DNA from: Hyalangium minutum
GTDB taxonomy: Bacteria > Myxococcota > Myxococcia > Myxococcales > Myxococcaceae
Direction of reading: 5' to 3'
Length of the DNA: 64,000 bases
Assembly (NCBI RefSeq): GCF_000737315.1
Contig: NZ_JMCB01000003.1
Coordinates: 1,165,043-1,229,042 of the forward strand
Below the pieces are notes generated by a model, which worked only from the letters and a program-made list of their open reading frames with translations, did no database searches and had not been told where the DNA came from. The position numbers and the translations under genes are program-made. This document shows positions 9,065 to 16,054 of this stretch, one piece after another (position 1 is the first letter of the stretch; every line of letters starts with the position of its first letter).

Positions 9065-10252
9065 ATGGCCACTGCCACAGGTCCCCAGAGGCCCGAGGGC
9101 CTCATCCTCTTCTCCCTGGGCGACTTCTCGTATGCGTTCCTCCGAGTCCTGGAGACGACCCACCACGGCGAGACCGTCCTGACCGTGCAGCAGCGCTCCC
9201 GGCTGGGCCCCGAGGGAACCTACCTCGCGCGAAGTCTGCCGCTGGTCTCGCCCAAGTACGACGCGGAAACCCAGGCCCGGATCCGCGCTCGGCTCGAGGA
9301 GGAAGCACGGCTCGCCGCCTACCTGGATCATCCCAACATCGCCCGCGTGCTCGGGCGGACCGTGTCCCAGGGCGTGCTCTACATCCTGTCGGAGCGGGTG
9401 ACGGGCGCACGGCTCGACACCTGCGTGACCGCCGCAGTCCTGCGGGGAGTCTCTCTGTCCGCGGGCTTTGCGCTCCACGTGGGCGCCGAGGTGGCGAGTG
9501 CGCTGCACCACGCGCACACGCGCACGGACGAGCAAGGCCGCCCGCTCGGCATCATTCACCGGGACGTGAACCCGGCTCGCATCTACCTGCGGCCCGACGG
9601 GACGATCCAGCTCACGGACTTCGCGCTCGCCCGGTCGCTGCTGCCGGGCCGGGTGGCCACCTCGCTGCCGCGTCCGCAGGGAGATGCCTACTTCGGCGCC
9701 CCCGAGGCCCTTCTGGACGAGCCGATGGATGCGCGCTCGGATCTTTTCGCGCTCGGGCTGGTGATGCTGGAGCTTGTCACCTCGAAGGGGCTCTACAGCA
9801 CGCCCACGCTGCGCGCGTCCGACTTGGAGGCGGCGCTCACGCCCGAGGCACGCGCGAAGGTGGTGGCCGCTCACCACATCGCCACGGTGGCGGACCTGCC
9901 CGAGCAAGTCGACGACTTCATCCTGCGGGCCGCCACGTACAGCGCGCAGGACGTCGAGGAGCTCACGGAGGAGGTGTTCCCGCCGCTGCGCTCCATCCTC
10001 CGCACGCTGCTCCAGCGGCGCCCGGAGGATCGCTACCCGTCGGCGGCGGCCTTGGAGGACGCTCTGCGCCAAGGGCTGGCGGCGTGGGGAGCACCGTATG
10101 GGGCCGCCGAAGCCCTCGCGGAGGTGCGGCGCATGTCGTCAGCCTCGCGGGTGAACCAGGACGTCGGCGTTCCCACTTTCCAGGACTCCGGGGCGCCCGC
10201 GTCGGACAGCTCCAGTTCGGCCCAGTGGCGCGCGGAGGGTTGCTCGGAATAG
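9065..10252 (+). CDS. Ser/Thr kinase-like protein, probable pseudokinase
   Basis: IIHRDVNP, TDFALA, APE and SDLFALG present; no Gly-rich loop and no VAIK lysine (TYLARSL). Confidence 0.85.
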   Translation: MATATGPQRPEGLILFSLGDFSYAFLRVLETTHHGETVLTVQQRSRLGPEGTYLARSLPLVSPKYDAETQARIRARLEEEARLAAYLDHPNIARVLGRTVSQGVLYILSERVTGARLDTCVTAAVLRGVSLSAGFALHVGAEVASALHHAHTRTDEQGRPLGIIHRDVNPARIYLRPDGTIQLTDFALARSLLPGRVATSLPRPQGDAYFGAPEALLDEPMDARSDLFALGLVMLELVTSKGLYSTPTLRASDLEAALTPEARAKVVAAHHIATVADLPEQVDDFILRAATYSAQDVEELTEEVFPPLRSILRTLLQRRPEDRYPSAAALEDALRQGLAAWGAPYGAAEALAEVRRMSSASRVNQDVGVPTFQDSGAPASDSSSSAQWRAEGCSE

Positions 10253-10348
10253 CCGAAGCACCGCCAGGCTGCTCATGGGGCGAGCAGGCGGCCAGCGGGG
10301 GCGGCACATGGCGCACAGCCGGGCGAGCCGATTCCTACCTTTGATGGA

Positions 10349-11185
10349 ATGAACCACATCGAGGAGCGAAACCCCAACCACCCGGGCGAGATGGGGACGG
10401 ATGCCCGCTTGGCCGAGGACAAGCGTGAGCCAGCGGAGCTGAAGGCCCGCGCCCAGGCCATTCGCCTTCTCCAAGAGGCGGGTGTGGAGGCGCTGGTGGG
10501 CGGCGCGTACGCAAGCTCCCAGTACACCGGCATCTGGCGCGACACGAAGGACTTGGACCTCTTCGTGCGCGAGCGCGACGGGGAAGCCGCCCTGCGCGCC
10601 TTCGAGGCCAAGGGCTGGAGCACCAAGTCGCGCGTGCATGGCTGGCTGCACAAGGCCTACCTGGGCAATTACCTGGTGGACCTCATCTACGCGTCTGGCA
10701 ACGGGATCACCTGCGTGGACGATGCCTGGTTTACCCACGCCCGCGAGGCGGAGGTGCTGGGCGTGCGCTGCCGCATCCCTCCCCCCGAGGAGATTGTCTG
10801 GAGCAAGGCCTTTGTCCTGGAGCGGGAGCGCTACGATGGCGCCGAGCTCAACCACCTCTTCCTCACGGCGGGCCGCAGCTTCGACTGGGGCCGGCTGCTG
10901 GCCCGCTTCGATGGGCACTGGGAGGTGCTCCTCGGACACCTCATGTTCTTCCGCTACGCCTACCCCTCCGACCGTGACGTGGTGCCCGATTGGCTCATGC
11001 GCGAGTTGCTGTCGCGCACCACGGATTCGCTGCACGAGGGACCGTGGGAGGAGCGCGTGTGCCGCGGCCCCCTGTTGTCCAACTGCAACTACGAAGTGGA
11101 TGTCTCGGAGTGGGGCTACCGCAGCGGACTCAAGGATGGCAGCCGGGGCGACGGTTCCCCTACGGGCACCTCCAGCCAGCACTAG
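10349..11185 (+). CDS. Nucleotidyltransferase family protein
   Basis: LVGGAYA...TKDLDLFV (GG/DxD pol-beta-like motif). Confidence 0.8.
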   Translation: MNHIEERNPNHPGEMGTDARLAEDKREPAELKARAQAIRLLQEAGVEALVGGAYASSQYTGIWRDTKDLDLFVRERDGEAALRAFEAKGWSTKSRVHGWLHKAYLGNYLVDLIYASGNGITCVDDAWFTHAREAEVLGVRCRIPPPEEIVWSKAFVLERERYDGAELNHLFLTAGRSFDWGRLLARFDGHWEVLLGHLMFFRYAYPSDRDVVPDWLMRELLSRTTDSLHEGPWEERVCRGPLLSNCNYEVDVSEWGYRSGLKDGSRGDGSPTGTSSQH

Positions 11186-11229
11186 GATCACCGGGTGCCG
11201 CCGGGGGTTTCTCCAGGGCGTCGGGTCGT

Positions 11230-11410
11230 CAGGGCTCACGGGTGAGCCCTGGCCGCCTGTAGGTTCTCCCCCTACTCACCGCTGTTCGGCGGAGCTAACT
11301 GGTTAGCTCCGGACTCGCGCCGCGCCTCACCGGTGAGCGGTGGCTGTATGGCGGAGCTAACTGGTTAGCTCCGGGCTCGCGTTCTGACCACCCTGGCCCC
11401 CACGGGTGAG
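11230..11410. repeat. Palindrome array: two copies of a 39-bp repeat containing CGGAGCTAAC-TG-GTTAGCTCCG, plus CTCAC-NN-GTGAG palindromes
   Basis: Direct read: repeat copies 11281-11319 and 11343-11381 (62-bp period, 3 mismatches); CAGGGCTCAC-GG-GTGAGCCCTG 11230-11251; CTCAC-CG-GTGAG 11326-11337; CCCAC-GG-GTGAG 11399-11410. Confidence 0.9.
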
Positions 11411-11499
11411 GTAGGTGGGCGGCGCAGGACGTGAGGCGTCATCGCCTCTGTCTGGAGCAGTGCCCTAGCGTGCAAGCCTCTCGCAGCTGGGGGGTGCCC

Positions 11500-13599
11500 A
11501 TGAGTGCAGCGCTGGGGCCGGCATGGCAACGGCTGAGGCAGAGCCATGGGCCGCTGCTCTTGAGCATGGTGCTGCTGTGGAGCGGCTGCGTGCCGGTGCA
11601 CGGCTCGGCGCCCGCGCTGCTGTTCAACCCCAGCATCACCGCCTTCGATAGCCAGGTCAGGCCTCGCGGCCGCAGACAGCGGCGCTTGGCGCAGCCTCCA
11701 GCACCTCGCTCGGAGGACTGCCCCACCGCGCCTGAAGGCTGGCCGGAGCAGGCTGGCAGCGACGAGGAGGTGCTAGGGCCGCTGCTGGCCTGCGGCTCCG
11801 CGGTGGGCTTCCTCCAGTTGCAGCGCCAGGTGGACATGGCCCAGGTCCTTGAGCGCTTGGGCGACTGGAGCGCAGTGCGACTGGGAGCGCTGGGGCCGCT
11901 GCGAGACAGCCGCGCCGCCGAGGTGCTCACCCGCAAGAGAGCTTCCTTCCTGCTCAAGGCCACCGAGGAGTACGGCGCCTATGCGCAGGTGTTCGCCCTC
12001 TTCATTCTCCACTCCTCCTGTGACGACGAGCTGCAAGCGCTGCTCACGCTGTTGGCCTCACACAAGCAACTGTCCCAGACGCTGGGCACCCTGCCCGCGG
12101 TGCGCCAGGAGCTGGAGCGTCGGGGGCTGCCGCTGTCCTCCTTCCCCGAGCGCGCGGAGCGGACGGGGGATGTGCTCCGTGGGCTGGGACGCGCGGGCAG
12201 GGACGCGCTCAACACCTCCCCAGTGAGTGACGGGGCGCGCTTCGCGAACATGAGCGCTCAGGCTCGGCAGATGCCTGCGCCTTACCAGCAGGCCCTGCAC
12301 CAGTTGGGACAGGCGATGACACTGGAGCACTTTGCCCCGGACAACGTAGCGCTGGGCAGCTTTGACCAGCTGACGTTCGGGGTGCCGCTGGGCTTCTATC
12401 ACCTGGGCCAGGGCACGGTGCACGGGCTGCAGTCGCTGCAAGAGGGGCAGTACGAGCAGGCCACCCGCGAGCTGGTACCTGCGGCGCTGCTGGTGGCGCT
12501 CTACGCGGGCGGCAAGGGCGGCCGCTACTTGGCCTCTGGGGAAGGGAGCGCCCTGCGCCCAAGACTGCCAGAGCTGCGTCTGGAGACGCTGCGGCACGTG
12601 GCGTGGCAACTGTCCGAGCGGCTGGGGCTGGAGGGGCTGGCGGAGGTGGCCCGCTACGTGCGCGCCAGCCGTGAGGCTGCAGTGTTCGTCACCGCCGGAG
12701 GCGAGCCCGCAGCGGTGGCCTTGTACGAGGCCCGGGGCAACCTGGCCCGGGCACAGGCCACTCTGGCCAAGGCCCTGCCTGAGAGCACCGGCGCCGCTGA
12801 GCCCAGGCCCCCTTCAGGCGCAACATTGGGAGGACTGGCCTCGCTGGTGGACGAGGCCGCAGGCCACACGCGCGAGGTGGTGGAGGCCAAGCTGCTCCAG
12901 GTTGAGCTGGAGACTCAGGGCCCCCGCCTGCCAGCAGACCCCGCGCTGCTGCGCAAGCTCCAGGCCACGCTCGACACCCCGCCCCCCGGGGTGCCCGAAG
13001 GCTCCCCCTTGTGGAGCGATTACCTCGCCTACCGGCGCGCTCGCCTCGCCCTGGTGGAAGAGGGCACTCCTGCCAAGGGCCCTCTGCGCTGGGAGCCCTA
13101 TGAGCGCTTGCGCGGCGCCTTTGCACGAGGGCTGGCCTTCGAGCGCTTCATGATCTCCGTGCTGCGAGAGGACGCGGCCCTGCCGCCCACCCAGCGTCGC
13201 TGGCTGAGCGCCTTCACCCAGCCTCGCATCGAGGTCCACGTGGGCCTGTCCAAGCCTGATGTGCCTGGGGTGCGCTTCGCGGATGTGCTCGTCATCGAGC
13301 AGCGCCCACCCTCAGGCCAGCCACCCCGTGTGGAGACCTTCAGCTTCAAGAGCCGCTTCCTCAAGCCGCTCGCGGGCGAAGCATTGGAGGCACCCATGTT
13401 GATGGATGCACGCGCCGCACAGGAGTATTACGGCGGCAGGGTGAACATCCGGCGCTCCTCCCTCAAGGGCAGCGTCCAGGTGCAACGCGTCCGCCTCGTT
13501 TACGAGGGCGGCAGCCGCATGCCCAATCAGTACCTCCTGAATCGTGCCATTGAGAACGTCCAGGAGCATGTGAAGGGAGTGGAGGTGAGCATTCAATGA
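11500..13599 (+). CDS. Putative lipoprotein polymorphic toxin with C-terminal restriction-endonuclease-fold (PD-(D/E)xK-like) domain, SitA-like architecture
   Basis: Hydrophobic stretch and lipobox LLWSG-C; helical middle region; C-terminal GLAFE...RFADVLVIE...ETFSFKSR; coupled downstream gene. Confidence 0.65.
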   Translation: MSAALGPAWQRLRQSHGPLLLSMVLLWSGCVPVHGSAPALLFNPSITAFDSQVRPRGRRQRRLAQPPAPRSEDCPTAPEGWPEQAGSDEEVLGPLLACGSAVGFLQLQRQVDMAQVLERLGDWSAVRLGALGPLRDSRAAEVLTRKRASFLLKATEEYGAYAQVFALFILHSSCDDELQALLTLLASHKQLSQTLGTLPAVRQELERRGLPLSSFPERAERTGDVLRGLGRAGRDALNTSPVSDGARFANMSAQARQMPAPYQQALHQLGQAMTLEHFAPDNVALGSFDQLTFGVPLGFYHLGQGTVHGLQSLQEGQYEQATRELVPAALLVALYAGGKGGRYLASGEGSALRPRLPELRLETLRHVAWQLSERLGLEGLAEVARYVRASREAAVFVTAGGEPAAVALYEARGNLARAQATLAKALPESTGAAEPRPPSGATLGGLASLVDEAAGHTREVVEAKLLQVELETQGPRLPADPALLRKLQATLDTPPPGVPEGSPLWSDYLAYRRARLALVEEGTPAKGPLRWEPYERLRGAFARGLAFERFMISVLREDAALPPTQRRWLSAFTQPRIEVHVGLSKPDVPGVRFADVLVIEQRPPSGQPPRVETFSFKSRFLKPLAGEALEAPMLMDARAAQEYYGGRVNIRRSSLKGSVQVQRVRLVYEGGSRMPNQYLLNRAIENVQEHVKGVEVSIQ

Positions 13600-14936
13600 A
13601 GCTGTTGACCGGGACAGACTTGAACCGGGAGGACGCCCTCTGCCTGGAGTTCAGAGGGACATATGACGCGAAGGTGAGACTGGAGCACGCGTTGGAGCCC
13701 TTCCTCCAGGTGCTGGAGCAGTATGCGGGGGAGTGGATGCCGAGCCTTGTCAAAGGCAAGCGGCGGCGCACCTACTCCCGCGCCGCCTTCTGGAAGGCAC
13801 TCCAAGATAAGGCAGATGACAATGTCTCGACCCTCTACTTGGAGCGCCCCACCGAGCCCGCGGTGTCACTGGAGCTCACTCTCTTTCGCGCGGAGGCACC
13901 CGGAAAGCTGAGAGTCATTCTCCTGGCTCAACCCTTCTCCTTCTTCGCGCAGGAAGAGCGCTGCCGCGAACTGGTGGAGTTGGTACGCGCCTGGGCCTGC
14001 CACTACCCCACCTCCCATGCCTTCGCAGGCAGCTACGCCGACAGTCTGTTGGCGGACTCGCCCTGCTTTGGCCGGGACATGCAGACCACCGTGGCGAATG
14101 GGTTCGACCAGCTCTACGAGGTGTTCTGGCTCAACGTCTTCGGACCCAAGCTGGTGAACCTGTTGGGCCGCGAGCGCCTGCTGTCCACCCCCGCCCACCG
14201 CGTGGAGGAGCTTCCCAACGGCTGTGTGCTGCTCGTCACCTGGCCCATCGCTGCCCACTTCTCACACCCCGAGGCGCGCCAGGCTCAGGCCCGCGCCTTC
14301 GTCCACCTGCGCCCGGAGCTCACCCTGGACACCGTGCTGCGCTCCCTCCACCAGCGCAACACCGCCCTCGTCCCCGTGGAGCCCCGCTTCCACCCGGACG
14401 TGGCTCCCCTCCTCTTTCGCCTCTTGGACAACACCTTCATCAGCGAGCGCCAGCGAAAGATCGCCGAGTTCAACGCCCACCCGTTCCCGGAGCCGGAAGA
14501 GTGGTTGCCCGCCGATGCAGCCCTGCCCTCGGACGTACCGGACACGCACAAGGCCCTGGAGCACCTCTCGCTCCTGGCCGAGTCCCTGGTGGCCATTCTC
14601 CACTCCGAGGTGCCCTCCGTCCTCCAGCAGACCCCCGAATCCCTCACCGACGCCGACCTCGACTTCTGGACCTGGAGCTTCCCGGAGCGATTCGAACGGG
14701 ACCAGATTGACGGCCGGCTGGTGCCTGCCATCGGCGCCTACCTGGGCGAGGTGATGGTGAAACACCTCGGCGGCCAGTGGATTGCCCGCAAGAAGCTGGA
14801 AGAGTCCCAGGTGCGCGTCGGCTCGCGCGTGTGGCTGCCCTTTCTGCGCGCCCACAAGTCCATGCGCTCGTGCCAGTCCCTGCTGGACTTCTCCCTCACC
14901 CAGTTCTACCGCGCTGCCGAGCGCCACCGCGGCTGA
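13596..14936 (+). CDS. Probable cognate immunity protein
   Basis: ATGA overlap with toxin stop, no signal peptide, C-terminal AIGAYLGEV...GGQW motif typical of immunity-like domains. Confidence 0.55.
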   Translation: MKLLTGTDLNREDALCLEFRGTYDAKVRLEHALEPFLQVLEQYAGEWMPSLVKGKRRRTYSRAAFWKALQDKADDNVSTLYLERPTEPAVSLELTLFRAEAPGKLRVILLAQPFSFFAQEERCRELVELVRAWACHYPTSHAFAGSYADSLLADSPCFGRDMQTTVANGFDQLYEVFWLNVFGPKLVNLLGRERLLSTPAHRVEELPNGCVLLVTWPIAAHFSHPEARQAQARAFVHLRPELTLDTVLRSLHQRNTALVPVEPRFHPDVAPLLFRLLDNTFISERQRKIAEFNAHPFPEPEEWLPADAALPSDVPDTHKALEHLSLLAESLVAILHSEVPSVLQQTPESLTDADLDFWTWSFPERFERDQIDGRLVPAIGAYLGEVMVKHLGGQWIARKKLEESQVRVGSRVWLPFLRAHKSMRSCQSLLDFSLTQFYRAAERHRG

Positions 14937-15176
14937 GCTTCCGGGCCTCGCTCTCCGGCAAGCCGCGGAAGCAAGCCGGATCCCCCCCTTTTTCGCTCAC
15001 AGTCCCACATGGGAAGTGCCCACCTGGGCTCACACGAGGCGGGCAGTAGGAAAAGCCGTGCCCGGGGACATTCCTGCGGACCCTCAACCGAAGAAATTAC
15101 GGCTCCCTCCCCTCCCTTCAGGGCAGCCGACCTGTGCAAAGGGTTGATTTTCCTGGAACTTGAGGCTTCGGGCGCG

Positions 15177-15193
15177 TTGGCCAGCGCTTTGCT
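15177..15193 (+). promoter_or_regulatory. Sigma54 (-24/-12) promoter
   Basis: TTGGCCAGCGCTTTGCT: GG-N10-GC spacing with TTGCT; RBS GGAGG at 15213-15217 and ATG at 15227 follow. Confidence 0.6.
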
Positions 15194-15226
15194 TTAGCTC
15201 CGGGCGTGACGCGGAGGGCACCAGAG

Positions 15227-15742
15227 ATGACGGAGCGGGCGAAGCGGGCTGCGGGAGTGGCGAGGGTCTTTACGCAGCAGCCGGAGCGGCTCGCGGCGGC
15301 GTGGCGGCGGGTGCGGTGCATGGGGGGCTCGCAGGCCCATCCGCCCCAGAGCCTGCTGGATGGGCTGGTGGAGCCCTTCATCCGCGAGGTGGGAATGAAC
15401 CTGGCGGGGGCGAACAGCAGCGCCTGGACGCGGACGCGCGCGGTGCTGCGCCTGTCTCCGGAACGGGGCGCGCGGGCCCTCTATGAGGAGTTCGCCCTGC
15501 TGCGCCGCTGCATGGTGGACGCGGTGGAGGTGCTGGGCGGCGGGGATTCGGAGCGCGCGGTGGTCAACCGCAGCGTGGACGAGGCGGTGGACTCGGCGGT
15601 GGCGCTGCTGCACCGCCTGAGGGATGTGGCGGCCGAGGGGCCTCGGGTGCCCTTCGGGGGTTTGGTGGTGGAGTGGTACGAGCGCTCCTCGGAGGTGCGG
15701 GCCCAGCCCGGCGCCGAGCCCGCTCGAGCCGCGCTCCACTGA
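15227..15742 (+). CDS. Conserved-looking all-helical hypothetical protein (weak resemblance to RsbRD_N-type domains)
   Basis: Good RBS and codon bias; LYEEFALLRR helix motif; alternative GTG start at 15206. Confidence 0.72.
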   Translation: MTERAKRAAGVARVFTQQPERLAAAWRRVRCMGGSQAHPPQSLLDGLVEPFIREVGMNLAGANSSAWTRTRAVLRLSPERGARALYEEFALLRRCMVDAVEVLGGGDSERAVVNRSVDEAVDSAVALLHRLRDVAAEGPRVPFGGLVVEWYERSSEVRAQPGAEPARAALH

Positions 15743-15748
15743 GGATGT

Positions 15749-16042
15749 GCCGATCCGTCCGGCTTGACGCTTCCGCGAGGGAGTGTCCGAGGGCCGGCGG
15801 AGGATGGGGGCGTGCCGCGCAGGCGGGGGTCTGTGTGGCGCGAAACGGGGGGCGTGCTCCCGGCATGGGGGCTGGTTGAGCACGCCAGAAGGCCGCTGGG
15901 ACGCGTGGATGGGGGTCTGCGCGCCTCGCCGGTCGGACGGATCGGCCGTGTTGTCGCAGGACTGCTGGGGGTGGTGCTTCGGGGAGGGGGACGCGGGGGG
16001 GAGTGCCTTCGGGGGTGGGCACTCTCTCCCGCGTATTTTTTT
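15749..16042 (+). ncRNA. Candidate structured RNA / long structured 3'UTR with G-run-loop hairpins
   Basis: 16-bp closing stem, GCGA tetraloop hairpin and 4-5 hairpins with GGGG(G) loops; G-U pairs favour the + strand; ends in terminator; no known family recognised. Confidence 0.4.
15991..16042 (+). terminator. Rho-independent terminator
   Basis: 18-bp stem 15991-16008/16017-16034 (3 G-U) followed by A and 7 T (16036-16042). Confidence 0.8.
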
Positions 16043-16054
16043 GGAGCGCGCGCC

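Noticed and set aside
11290-11373. Canonical integron attC site
   Set aside because: Ends deviate from RYYYAAC/GTTRRRY, no clear L boxes, not located at a cassette stop codon, no intI in the window; kept only as a loose analogy
11281-11381. Two 39-bp palindromic repeats with a 23-bp spacer read as a CRISPR mini-array
   Set aside because: Only two units, the spacer is itself palindromic, and there is no leader or cas gene in the window
6100-15200. Prophage or IS element explaining the accessory region
   Set aside because: No transposase, integrase, terminase or structural phage genes and no terminal inverted repeats recognised
15743-16042. Known housekeeping RNAs (RNase P, 6S, SRP, tmRNA) or a riboswitch
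   Set aside because: Could not find their signature motifs (e.g. GAGGAAAGTCC, SRP GNRA/GGAA loop context, tRNA-like ends); structure is multi-branched rather than rod-like
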